A DNA stretch of 63,280 nucleotides, the filler included, from Choristocarpus tenellus KU-1152 (lineage: Eukaryota; Protista; Phaeophyceae), in NCBI GenBank assembly GCA_964200185.2. It is 7 parts of 7 records of this genome, joined end to end, with 100 filler letters (N's around TTAATTAATTAA, not from the genome) between each part and the next. Parts side by side here need not be neighbours in the genome. Positions count along the whole stretch, not along the records: positions 1 to 25,194 come from CAXNAD020000189.1; 6 more parts are not named here. One strand, 5' to 3'. Positions 1 to 12,500 of the stretch are shown piece by piece. The notes below the pieces were generated by a model. That model saw only the letters and a program-made list of their open reading frames with translations, was not told where the DNA came from and made no database searches. How positions within the stretch are numbered: the stretch's first letter is position 1; every line of letters starts with the position of its first letter. Made by a program: the position numbers and the translations under genes.

Positions 1-73
1 CGTCTTGCCCGGTGATTCTCTTCGCCACCCTTGCCTGAGTGAACCACGCCGCCACAGAATCACACGATTAACA
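1..73 (+). mobile_element. 3' end of an LTR (family L1), truncated by the window start
   Basis: Matches 504-576 at 66/73 positions and the reverse complement of 24900-24972. Similarity stops at ...GATTAACA, a CA terminus. Confidence 0.75.
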
Positions 74-221
74 TTCATTTTGTATTAATGGAATCGTGTA
101 ATACAATGGTGCAATAGTAGTACTAACAATCACACATGTTTCCCATTTCGCTCCCAGAGCTCACCTTTTGGTTGACCTTGAATCGTGTTTACATGGCTTC
201 AAGGCCGATCAGAAGGGGGGG

Positions 222-576
222 TGATGTGGAAAGCATGTTTGCCTGTTATTATACCGTTATTGCCGTATGCCATATACTGTTATACCGTGGTACCAATTGA
301 GGTTCCCAATCAAGATTCCATGATTTCACAGACAGAATTTCTGTCAGAAATGTACCACATGGAAGATCCACTTTATTATCACGTCTTGACTGATGATGGT
401 GATGAAGCCCCATCTTTGATGGTGCTCATCACTCCTCAGTTTTTGCACTTGTCCAACCTCAACCTCGTACCCTCGGTTACGGTTCGACCTTGTTCGCGTG
501 GTCCGTCTTGCTCGGCGACTCTCTTCACTACCCTTGCCTAAGTGAACCACGCCGCCACAGAATCACACGATTCACA
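222..576 (+). mobile_element. LTR (family L1, ~350 bp) preceded by a polypurine tract
   Basis: PPT AGAAGGGGGGG (211-221) is directly followed by TGATGTGG (TG start at 222 or 225). The repeat ends TTCACA at 576. An inverted copy lies at 24900-25367. Confidence 0.75.
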
Positions 577-577
577 A

Positions 578-578
578 A

Positions 579-612
<34 letters not shown>
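578..612. repeat. (TAC)n microsatellite
   Basis: About 11 perfect TAC units. Confidence 0.95.
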
Positions 613-613
<1 letters not shown>

Positions 614-899
614 CATACGTTTGTCCTGTAACTCTCTTCCAACTTTTGGTCGATGTCCAATATCCCCACAACTTCCGGGAGATGTTCCGCAAACAGGGTA
701 TCATTTGAAAGTGGTGGGTTTGCACGATTTCCGCAGTATTTGGATGGGGGATTCGGAGTGGAATTTATTATGAGAATCACAAGTTAACTTCGGTGATTTT
801 TGGGAACGTTCTCCAGTGTTTCAGAAACTGCACACCAAGGGTAGACTATATTGAAGCACCTACAGAGGACTAAACAGCAATTAGATGCCTGAGCTGGTA

Positions 900-2120
900 G
901 CCTATTCGACTGTCGTGACAATGTGGAGCTCTCTGTGGAGATTCGCTACGCATTGGTCGTGCAATATGCGCTTGTTTTGGAGTCCTGGACAACTGAAGAG
1001 GTGTTGGACTGGCTCTCGATATTGAGTTCAATATCTCCAAAGGCTGCGCCTCCAGGTCGTGGAAAAAGGCGGAAGAGCAGCTTGCTTCCAGCTGCGTGCT
1101 CTCTCTTGACACCAACAAGAGGTTTGGTAGTCCCGTGACCTTCACACCCACCAAGGTGCAGTGGATCGTCGAGAACAACTCTGAGTATTGACATCTGGAT
1201 GTTCAGCAGTTAAAAGCCAAGCTCAAAGAGTTGAACGTGAACATCACGCTCGAAGTATCTGGGAGGGGGGGGAGGGGGGTCTACACCAGGGTGTCCATTC
1301 GGGCCCTGGCCAGGAGAAGTGCACCTTCACTATCTACCGACACATGCAACCAAATTCACCCAAAAATCGCGACATGATAAATTGGGCCCCAAATGGACAG
1401 CTGCCACCCACCCCCCCAGATACTTTGAATCTCAACAAATTGAAGCTCCGGTAGTGGTTGGATCCCATGGGGCAAAGGCAGGTCAGCCAGTGCATCAAGC
1501 CTAAGCTTTCGTTCCACAACCAGAAGGTGTGAGTTGACTTTATCCTCCTCCAAGCTGATAGATGGGTGAGTGGTGAAACGGCGGGTTTCTAAAGGTCCAT
1601 GTGGACAAGGAGAGGAGGTGGGCTAAACAAAGTTGCAACACAAGAGCCATGTCCCCAAGGTGACTTTCGGTTGGGTAATTCAGATGAGGAAGGGGTCTAA
1701 TGATCGTTTGGTTGAGCTATTAAACACTAACCAGATTCAAATTTCAAATTTAAATCACCCGCAGGCAATATTCATCTGTGCTGTTATGTGCCCTGATCCA
1801 GAGCATGTCCACGATGGGAAGATTGGCACTTGACGTGTTTGTGTCATCAAAGAGGCACAGAGGATAACCACGAAGCACAAGCAGAGGTACGAGTATGAGG
1901 TTAACATCACCATTGACTTGTACCACCACTGGTACACAATGACCTGCTGCCTACTGTCAAAGACAAAAAAATCATGACCTGAGAGTCCAGCAGGATGGAG
2001 TGGCACCTCACTCAGGCAAGGACACCCCATGGAAGCTGAACTTAGCAAGGAGGCCGGGGGGTGGAGTATCCAGCTTGCATCACAGCTGGCACAGTCGCCA
2101 GACCTCAATATCAACGATGT
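900..2120 (+). pseudogene. Degenerate DD39D (plant/oomycete-type) mariner transposase, interrupted by a MITE
   Basis: Motifs KSHVPK / AIFICAVMCPD..HDGKIG (1642-1827), VQQDG (1985-1999) and GWSIQLASQLAQSPDLNIND (to 2118). The last two catalytic D codons are about 40 codons apart. Stops and frameshifts are present, and the 5' limit is approximate. Confidence 0.8.
1247..1431. mobile_element. MITE family B (~185 bp)
   Basis: TIRs cgctcgAAGTATCTGGGAGGG...CCCCAGATACTTTgaatc, flanked by TCA/TCA. Confidence 0.85.
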
Positions 2121-3870
2121 TAAGAATATGCTTTTTATTCATGTGTAAAAGAAGATTCTGTAGAAAAAACAGTCTAAGGATGAAGAGACAATGTGTTCTG
2201 AAGAATGGAAATTATGTCTGGGTTCAAGAACTAGAATATGGAAGATTTCAGGAATAAGAATCATTGTAGGAAGTAATCTGTGATTAGTTTGATTAATCAG
2301 TCACAGAATAGGATGATTGATTTGGTGGCAACGACCCCCCTCCCTTTGGGCTTGGATCACTCCTCCTTTTACCTTCCTTACTTAATCTAAAACCTGTTCT
2401 ACATAATAAGGAATTAATTGAGTTCCTTACATACACAAGCCTTGGGAATATCAATTTCTTTAACAATCGACTTAGCCTTTTTTAACTCCCCGAAAAATCA
2501 GTTTGAACTAAGCACTACCATATTCGTAGAGGAGAAGGTGGTGGGTGTAAAGATGCTTTTCCACGACTATCCCTCAGTCACTCTGGAGCCAGTGTGGCGA
2601 GTTATTTAAGTTTATTTAAGAGGTATAACCAGGTGTTGGTGGCGTTTCGGAGGCAACGATTTCGAGGTAGAACACAAGAAGGCTGAAAATTCGAGCAGAG
2701 TAGTGGGTGGCTGAAAAAGTACATGCAGACTGATGAGGGGCTGTACTGTAGTGGAGGTGTGGTGGTTTGAGGGGTGGAGAGAGGAGGGAGGTTAATTTAA
2801 GTGAAAAAAAAAAGAAATCCATTGCAACAAGCCGTTTCCAAATCTTCCATGATTATGAAAAGTTATGATGAAGATTGAACAGAGTTATGGGACATTGGAG
2901 TATACTCACAGTATGACAAAACCCCCGATCATAGCTCTATGCAAAAAAATTCCTTAAGGAATGCATTACCTGTGCTTGTGATGTTTATGGAAACAGGAGT
3001 GGGGATACCACTATCTTGTAATTGTTAGTGTATATGTGTATATGTGATGATGGTAGCGTATTATGGAGTTTTTGATGTGGATGGTGTTGATTTATGGGGG
3101 GAGACACAGATTTTGAATCTCTAATAATGAGTCTATAAAGTGCCAGGTGTAGCCCAAATGAATGAGGCAAGTGTTGGTGTGTAGGTGTGTTGGTGTTGTT
3201 ACGAGGAGGAGTTCAATGTCAACTTAATTAATCATGTGTGGAGTGGATACAGTGTGTTTGAGTCAATCCTCAAAGTATCCGTGGCAAAAATGTGATTGGC
3301 TTGGAAGGGATATCTGCACAAAGGTGTTGAAAGAAGTGTAGTGACTCAAAGATGTGAAATACGACCAATCAGAGTAGGGATGAAAGATGAAAGCTATGAC
3401 AATAGTGCGTGTATGATGGGTCAAGAGTGCTTGTTCCGCAAGGCCTTTTAACTATTTGATCTGCTTTTATGGAATTGCACTTTGAACAGCTTGAACAATT
3501 TGAATAGTTTGAATATTGGCAATGAGAACCACAAAGTTGATCTATAAAGCTGGCTCTAGCAAAATAAAAAAAAATAGATTGGGTGGTAAGGTAACGTAGA
3601 ATGATTGGATGGGCATCTAATGTAATAAAGGTGGAGTTTGCTTGTAATGCGGATAATGGATGGAGAAGGTGTACTACACACCAAAGGTCTCTCACTTCCT
3701 CTTTCCCTTTCGAGGCATCCTGATCCATTTTTGTTCATTTTTATTTATTGTTTCCAAGCAGTTCTCCCGTCCTGAGATGATGAAGGGCAGTCCGAGCACA
3801 TTGTAAAGAGAGGAAAGGAGAGAGGGTGAAGGAGAGAGAACCGATGTATTCCAAGAAGGGGTATCCTCAC

Positions 3871-4132
3871 GAGTGAAAGTATATTAGAGGGTAGAGTCGC
3901 ATCTTTTCCATTTGGGAGCCAAAATCCAATGTTGCGATTTTGATGTAATTTTGACTATGTGTTTGTTAGGAAGTGTCAATATCCTTCTTCTGGACACAAC
4001 TTTTCATAATGTATACATTTTACCTACTCCTAAACATTTTGGAGTAGGAAAATGTAATAACAAACCCATAGGAAGCCAAGCCCCAAATGGACAAACAGGG
4101 AAAAACTCATACCCTCTGAGATACCTTCACTC
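3871..4132. mobile_element. MITE family A (~260 bp)
   Basis: TIR GAGTGAAAGTATATTAGAGGGTA...TACCCTCTGAGATACCTTCACTC, with a perfect 4-bp TSD TCAC. Confidence 0.9.
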
Positions 4133-4261
4133 TCACAGCAATTGTCACAACAGGCCAAGTACTACCAACCAAGATGATTCTCTCCCCTTGGTGCTGATGT
4201 GACGGATGATGAGTGTATTTTTCTGGATTGAGTTGCCTTTTTCTCATTCCAGGCAATAGTA

Positions 4262-4320
4262 ATATGTTGATATTTGTATGATATGTTGATATTTGTATGA
4301 TATGTTGATATTTGTATGAT
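4262..4320. repeat. 19-bp tandem repeat x3 (ATATGTTGATATTTGTATG)
   Basis: Three perfect units. Confidence 0.9.
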
Positions 4321-4842
4321 CCCTGGTATGACAGGCGTTGATGTATTGAAGTAGGAAGTTTTGAAATGGAATATTCATTTTGGACATCCCCATGTTTTAA
4401 AGTATATTCCAAATTTTGGATTTCAGTTCTTCCTTGTGCACATGCCAGGTACACACATGTGTTACACAAAACTACAAGACCCTGTATTGGTGACAAAAAA
4501 TGTTCTTGGCTTGTGAAAACTAATCATTTTGCCAAGAATAAGTCTACCCAGAAAAGACCTGAACATGAACTTCGATGGGAGGCGCTTTGGGCTTTATGGC
4601 AATGTAGTATAGGGGGTGAAAACGTTGATGTTAGTAGCTGCCTGGTGTGGTTGAATTTTCAATTTATTAACATTTCTGGCCTTTTGTTGGCAGCAGTGTT
4701 TTTTTTTGTCCCAGGTTAAGTTGGGTTATCGTGTTAGAATTTCACTCCTCATGCATCGTGCAGGCACATTCTTTAGAGGTTGTATCAGACCCCATCAGTA
4801 TTTCAGTCGAATTGAACCATCTTTTTTTTCTGTCTGGTTGAG

Positions 4843-4906
4843 TAAGCATCTGGTTGATGGTTGATGATAAGCATCTGGTTGATGATAAGCATTTGGTTGA
4901 TGATAA
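4843..4906. repeat. 18-bp imperfect tandem repeat (GATAAGCATCTGGTTGAT)
   Basis: About 3 units. Confidence 0.8.
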
Positions 4907-5034
4907 GAGCCCTCTCCGTGATTCTTTGAGGTCCCTTCACCCTGAACATGTTATAGTCAAGCTTTATGGACAGGTTGAGGCAGGACCTAAGCACGATCTG
5001 GTAGTAACCAAATCCTAGAGAGCTTGTCCATGTC

Positions 5035-5301
5035 GAGTCAAAGCATTTAAAAGGGTAGAAGTTTTACCTGTTTATCCGTTTGGGGGTTGGCTTCTCACGG
5101 GTTTTTTGTGCCCTTTTTCGATTTTGTGTGTAAACACTGTACCTACTCTGAAACATTTTGGAGCACAATTATGAAAGGCGTGTCTGGAGCAAGGATATCG
5201 ACACTTGCTAACAAATGCGATAGCCAAAATTCATCAAACTTGCAACATTGGATTTATTGCTCCAAACGGACACAACCCTACCCTTTTAAATGCTTTGGGT
5301 C
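5035..5301. mobile_element. MITE family A (A2 subtype)
   Basis: TIR GAGTCAAAGCATTTAAAAGGGTAG...CTACCCTTTTAAATGCTTTGGGTC, flanks TGTC/TGTA. Confidence 0.85.
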
Positions 5302-5783
5302 TGTAGCTCAAGCTGGTTGTCTGAGAACATAAAACCTGCATTCCTTCACAACATCACGTGTCTGAGAACATCAAAGTACAAGAACCTACAAGTTCTCATT
5401 GGTGGTCTCGTTATGAAAAACAAAAAGGGCGAGCTCAAGTTTCCCCTTTCTCTGCTAGTCCCCACTCTACTACCCACCTCCACCAGTACAAGTCTTCTCT
5501 GAATTCCCTGCCTATCCTCAGCCGTCTATTTCTTGCCCTTACTCCTGCATTCTATCCTCTCTGATCCCTACCTTGCACTATCCTACTCAGCCAGCCCCCA
5601 TCCCGGTGTAGCCCTGACAGATACAGCAGTCACCTAAGGAAAATTTGACCCAGTCGTGTGGAAACGTTTTCCTACTTCCTACTAGTACCCACACACATCC
5701 CATACCCATGATACTGGCAACTTTGAAGTACACAGATACTCTTAGCCATTTTATCTTTTTTTCTTTTTTTTTTCCGCGTCACG

Positions 5784-5897
5784 GAATTGATTGAATTGAT
5801 TGAATTGATTGAATTGACTGAATTGATTGAATTGACTGAATTGACTGAATTGATTGAATTGATTGAATTGATTGAATTGACTGAATTGATTGAATTG
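5784..5897. repeat. 9-bp minisatellite (GAATTGAYT)x~12
   Basis: Direct reading; it produces the spurious IEL/INS repeat ORFs. Confidence 0.95.
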
Positions 5898-6818
5898 GAT
5901 ATTTTTGTGAAAGTGAAGAAACACATCTCCTTCACCCTACTAGAGCAGGATAAAATTGGTGCAGAAGACATGATGAAGATCTAGCCTTGGAGTGTGTGGT
6001 TGCACCAATCATCTCAAAGAGTTCATGAGTGAGCTTGAAGAAGTTGTGTTGCCTGTGTATATACAGTTTTCATCAATGTTCGTGAGCCCATTGGTTTAAA
6101 CGACTCTGTATCTCTATGTAGTGTTTGTTGCTTTAGTGTGCAAAGACCAATGGTTCTCACAATTGTCTTCAAAATACTTCTTTCCACGTAGAATTTTCTT
6201 GTTTAAAGGAAGGACTTGTGAGAGCTATTTAAGAGCTGTGTGTTGAGTAGTTACAGATATTGGTGTTCTGGGCCTTTCCAAGTCTCATTTCATTCACAGG
6301 AAGATAAGTGTTTGGAAAATCAGACCACTTTGTAGTAGTGTTCTTATTGTTTCTCCCCTTTTCAAAAATTTCGGAAATTGAGCAAAGTTGGTGTTTTATT
6401 GTGTTGGGGAACGTGCATACCTCCTCTCTACAGGATTAATATAGTCATTAATATAGTGAATGGTCCATAGTTGCTCATTTTTGCTTAGATGGAGAGGCAA
6501 CTACAAATTTTGTAGGTTATATGGAGATAAACATAACATCAATCAATTGGAAACCATCTGATCATCTGAAAAAATGTTTCCTCGTGGGAACCAGATAATC
6601 CACCTGTTCTTTTCTTCTTGCCCACCTTCGAATGGATGCACCAGGAGCATCGATCTGTACTGCATGAACTTTCTCCTACTCTGTGTCCTTACATCACTAT
6701 TACTCCTTTTACGTGACTTATCGATATCCCCTGTCAACCTCTGTCCCACCACCTGAATAAATTGCAATCAAAAAGCCATTGTGCAAGTGCATTCCTCATG
6801 ATATTCCTTCAATAAACT

Positions 6819-6846
6819 CACACACACACACACACACACACACACA
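6819..6846. repeat. (CA)14 microsatellite
   Basis: Direct reading. Confidence 0.95.
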
Positions 6847-7744
6847 TCAATTGCAATCAGACACCAAAGCAAGATGCTGAAAGAGGAAGGTGGGTCCAGA
6901 TGAAGGAAATTGGCATTTGCTTGCTTCCAAGTTTGCGCCAACTGCATCAAAATTACATAACAGTCAAAGTGACTCCCAAAAAACAACAGACCCCTCCCAT
7001 AAGATGATACAACCAATTGAATTTGTTGTGATGCATGAACATTGTTTGCACATTGTGAGGTGTGCATATTTTGTATTTCTTTCTTCTTCCAACAACTTGT
7101 CCCTTGTCCACATCTGTTACTTTCTAGGTAAGTATTTTGTACAGTTGAGATAAAAGTGAAGTACTCAATAACGACAGGTTTTGGTGCAGATTTTGTGAGT
7201 TGGTAGTTCAGGGTGCAAAGCAGAAAATCTATAGGAAAGGGTCAGAATTTATGGAAGAGGCTGGAATCCAGTGGATATTTACAAATAGTGAGAGCAAGTT
7301 TGATGAGGATTTTTTTTTCATATTGTAAAATAGGAACATTAATTGGAATGAGGGTGTAGGGTTGATAGTAAGCACAGTTTTGTTCCAAAGTTCCTTGGGG
7401 TGAAACTTGTTCAAGTATATGATATATAAAGACATTTAAGACCTGCTATGTTGTAGAGCATCCAACATCATATATACTACATATAGTACGTAAAATACGC
7501 TGGAGCATATACTCGAGAGTACATTGTATGATACATGTTATTTTTCATACGCTAAAATATGTAGTGGATAACATACACGGCTCCAATTGTGTGAGTGTGG
7601 GTTGTGGTGTGTCTTAGTCATGGTTGCTTCTCCATGAAGTCGGCAGCAGTATCCATATACCATTAATTGTATTCCTTAGTAGTATGAAATTGTTGTGAGT
7701 AAAAAATATTTAAGGAAAAACATTCCAGTTATAGGTTATTGATA

Positions 7745-7773
7745 TAGACAGCGGCACCCCCCCCCAGATACTA
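7745..7773. mobile_element. Terminal fragment of MITE family B
   Basis: GACAGCGGCACCCCCCCCCAGATACT matches the right end of family B. Confidence 0.55.
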
Positions 7774-9301
7774 CTAATTACAGCAAAGTAGTAACTTAGC
7801 CTGGTTTCTTCTGTTACCCCAACAACAATGCCCACCTATGATAGCATCTGCAAAATGTCACTGGGCATAAAATATTCTCTGAAGTAGTATGTACAGTACA
7901 TAATATATTGCAGTATTGTGCTGTATACTTCAGTAATTCCGAACTCCTCGTCTCCCCTGCCCTGCATGTAAGGATGCCAAGGCTACTGCAGGCTCCAAGG
8001 TCAGAAAACTATTGATGTCTCCTTACTTATGGAAGGTTTTTTTTTTCAGTGTCTCCTATTTATCCCACTTGCACCCTGATATATCCCCATTCCAATTTAT
8101 TCAAAATTGTCCGATTTTACCGTATCGAAATTATTCTGTCAAATGGTCACTCAAAACACAGAACAATAAAAATTTGTATTTCAACCTCTCTAAAGATCCA
8201 CTGGAAGTCAGTCACTTCATCATTATGTGTATAGTTCAGACCATTTTCGAAAGGTCCTGTTCCTCAAACATTTAGAATATTAACCAAAGCTTCTGCAGCT
8301 CTCCTTTGCCCTGTGTTCTTCCCCACAAGGTCCGGCATAGATGCTGAAAATCTCATATCTGACACCTTCCAAAGTAGTACTATCCAACACACTTTGTTCA
8401 GAGTTCTTAACATCCATCCTCAAGGTCGCTCCACATAGTAAAACCCTATCAATTTTCAAGAGACAACCTGATGGGTCCAGTTCCCTTTTGCCTCTAAATA
8501 TATTCCGAATACAAAAAACGGAGGAGGGTGTTGGTCGAATCACAACTGTCCTAACGTAATTTTGGGCAGATGCCATTTTTCTGATCACAACTGGACTACA
8601 TACATGGTGAGCTCTACTGGAGCGACAAAATTTCGTTGTCTGCTTGTTGTGCTCATCTACATTTAAAGAGAGGTTGCAAAAGAGTTTCTTACACTCCCTC
8701 CTCCCATTTCAACCATATTTATGCATCAAATGCACAATACAATTATTCCTTGTGGAGTTTCTTGTATAACATCACAGCATCATACTCAGTATGACTTCAG
8801 TACGTTGCATTAATCTCACCCCCCCCACTACCGTACACGTTCTCTGTGGAACACTGACATGATTGTGATTCAGCACTATTCCTATATTATTGATAGCCAA
8901 TAGTGTGGGCGTAGACCATGGTGCCTTCACTCTGCAATACCACAGTTAATGTCCTGATATATTACTGTTGCCGAGCAGTTTAGACATCCCTTCATTGCAG
9001 CTATGCACAACCGTGGAAGAGATATGTTGTCATTCATTAGAGGTGAGTACGATTGTTCCAGAAAGGTATCTATGTGTGTGTGGAATGTGTTGAGGCACGA
9101 GATAGAGAGCAGATAGATAGAGTACGCAGATCAATCAATGTATGTGGTCTTTATGTGACAGATAGATGTCCATTTTCGTTCAGATAAGAAATTTTGGATT
9201 GTGGTAAATAACTTTGGATTCAGGTAATAACGACTGACGTTTTGCATAGTGTGGATAAATGATCCTAAGTATTTTTTTGGTGAAGAACATATTTGTGCAC
9301 T

Positions 9302-9538
9302 GACCCAAAAAGTAAGAGAGGGCTGCATTTTTAGAATGCTAATACTTACCTACAATTTAGGGATTTTGTACAACTGTGTGTAGGGAATTTTCTATATTCT
9401 GTCGAAAATCTCAGAGAAATAAACACTCTCAAATCAATTTAGTACTTCATATACAGATGTATGGGCAAATTGTCGAAGATTAAGTGACTTGAAATGCAAA
9501 ACGACCAAAACCTGGGTACCTCTCGTTAACTTTGGGTC
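9302..9538. mobile_element. MITE family C (~240-265 bp)
   Basis: GACCCAAAA...CTGGGTACCTCTCGTTAACTTTGGGTC, with an interior homologous to 36605-36871 and 54893-55151. Confidence 0.75.
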
Positions 9539-12500
9539 ATTTTGGTGTGAGAAAAAATGGACATCCTAAAAAAAAAAATCATCCTAAATAGGTAGTTTAC
9601 ACTGGTCATTGTTGTTGAGCATAGTGTGACAAAAGTCACAACCATAGCCCCACTTCCAATCAAACGACGACTGTTGCAACTGCACCGTCAAAATTCAAGT
9701 GCAACGCTTCTGTCAAATCAAAACTACAACCATAACCGTACCATCAATACCAAATTTTCACTGTACTCTCTAAGGACAAAAACATATGTAGGGATGGTTC
9801 GCTCACACACCAAATGGAATTGAGTTCAAAAAATAGAAAGGAGCCACAGAATCAGACACCATCACAAAACAAGTCAAAATATAGGTTGGAGGTTTGAAGT
9901 TGTGGTTTGAATCAGATGTGGATATTGATTCCTGCACAGAGACTTAAGTAACGTACCTCCATGATGTAGTATCTGCATTGTGAAGTAATTTGTTGGGTTT
10001 GCAGGGTTGAAGTTGTGGATAGTTACATGGTTTGATCGAGTGAAGGTACATTGATTGCAGTGTCCAAGTTATTGTGTCGTTTTCATCCTCGCATGAGTTC
10101 TTGATGTATAGGGTCGTTGAACTTGATGATCTTCTGCCAGCCAATTGAAATTACAACCATAACCGTATCATTTGTGTATGTACTACAATACCCTACCGTA
10201 CCGCCCAAGTTCAAATCCTTTTCTGAACCTTTCCTAAGAAGGCAACAACAATGGTATTTGTTACCATGTCAATATATATTATGTCCTCCAACATTTTGTA
10301 GACGTGTCAGGAAAAACCCAAACCAAGGTAGTTTACAAGGACTAGTGTAAATGTTGCAGTTAAGAAACTTCCCTAAAATCTGTAGTTCTAACTACTATTT
10401 TCGAAACTAACAATACAACAAAAAGCCCCCTTCAATTTCAACATATTTCATCATGGCAACAAGTACTGTTGTACTACTACACGGTTAGACAAACCTCCAT
10501 GGTAAGATGACCGACCGACCGTATAGTGCAAGTACAACCGTGTAGACCCCTGAAAATAGTGGAAGCGATCTGGCCCATGGACTGGTCCTTTTTGGATTTT
10601 GACTGACCTGATGAAAAGGCCTTCGATATTTCTCTATTTTACACCTCTTGATGGGGGAGGAGCAAACACACGAGCGAATGGTACCTACGCAGGTAGAAGG
10701 TCTTGAGTAGGAACAATAACAGAGTCTTATGGTCACTTGAGTTAACATAAAGAAGACCACCATGGAGATAGGTGCTTTGTGGGCCTTAGTTTTGGAGGTG
10801 TGGGTTGAAACACCTGCGGCATGAAGGGACTGAGGATCAGGTGTATTGGATACTCCGCATAATATAGGCTGGTGAGGCTATCAAAGACTGAAACATAGAC
10901 ATGGGGGGAAGTTGAGACCTAGTTGAAGAAGATAGCCAGGATGGGAAACACAACCACTCCCTGTGTTTGGGCGCATCTTCTGAGAGAGGCACTAGAGAAC
11001 TATGGTGTTTCAATACACAGCCGCGTATGTATTACATAGGAAACTGCAGATATACAAGCACTGCCCTTCACGTGTACATCCTGGCCACTCTGACCATGCT
11101 CTGTGCAGTGAAAGGCTGCTGTCTTATTGTTGCAGTCATATCGGGACCATCACACTTCACCAGGCAAAAAATATAGCTGTGGACACTGTCAATACCTCAA
11201 TGGTTTTTGTGGCATCGTGGATCCAGATGGGGACAATAAGATGAGATTGTGGTTTGATTTCCACACCCCCGAGGAGGAGAATAGTGACAAGGACACCAAC
11301 GATGATGAGCCCATCATCGTGTCAGGAGGGGGGTCTGGTCACTTCGAGTTGAGAGGACTGAACCAAATAGCCTTGAGAAATGATCAGGATTACATCTTTT
11401 TGTTTTTGACATTAGTAGTAGGAGTTCTAGTACATTTAATACTTTACGTGCATGTCTTACGCATGTACAATATATATATATATATATCATGTGGTGTATA
11501 TGTGCTGTAACATCACACCCCTTTCATCCAGTCTTCTTGTTGTTCTTATCTCTTCCCCATTTTATCCCACTTTCTTGTTATTGTAGGACATGGACCTCGG
11601 GTAAGTGTTGTGTGACTTCTTCCTTAGAAGAGTAAGTCCATAGTTGCATACAGCAATTGTAGCAGTAAGGGTACTAGCTGTAGTAACAGCAGCAATATCA
11701 TTGTAATACCATTTGCAATTCTATACTTCTTAGTTCCTTACAACTTGTGTCGTAATGTCTATGATCTTTGTATTACATAGAGCTGCTATGTAATACAAAG
11801 TACATACATTACCCATACTATAAAAATTAGCATGTCGTTCCAACAACTACTACATGCCTTCGAAATATTGGCAAAGCACACTGGTTGTTGCTGTTGATGC
11901 TTGATGTCGTGCTTCTCATTTCATACTTTAGTCACCATCATTTACTTGTTTCCTTATATTAACATGGCATGCTGTAATTGTTGTCTTCACCATGCTCATT
12001 CTTGTAGTATTTGTAGGAGTCTACTTGGTTGTAATTAGGGCTTTTCTCCAGACTGGGTCAACGGGACGGGACTGGGGCATGAGCCAGCCCTGATTAAATA
12101 CGTTTTAGTGGGACTGGTCTACAGGTATCAGAGGCTTCAACTGGACCATACCATGGGCTAGTTCCTCTGAAGAGAGTTTTGGCAGGGACAGTTCAGGATC
12201 GGAAAAACATGATTACATGTCCGGTCCAGCACTGACACAATTTTTTTTGTATCCGACACAGGTTGGGGCCCTGCTCAAACATACGGAGTGGTACAGAGCC
12301 AGTCCAATTAGCTCTAGGCTAATGTACTATGATGATGATAGGGTGTTGCTATTATTTCTAGCAAGTATTATTATTATTATTAGTGTTGTACCTACCTTTA
12401 CTTTGGTGCGGGAACTATCCTGAACCGTTATCAAAGGCCATACATACTACGCACTGCACCACTTCTCATGCTATCAGCTAAAACTGCGCTATGACTAATT

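Noticed and set aside
185-541. 118-aa ORF with a paralogue at 24935-25123
   Set aside because: It lies within the LTR, so the similarity reflects the DNA repeat. No protein family is recognised.
2400-3720. Possible decayed CACTA/other transposase (ELWDIGVY-like peptide)
   Set aside because: A single weak motif among many stops; it cannot be supported without a profile search.
3912-4202. Recurring short ORFs such as GQTGKNSYPLRY and YATKSPKNRD across the window
   Set aside because: They are chance translations of MITE A/B copies, with inconsistent frames and stops between copies.
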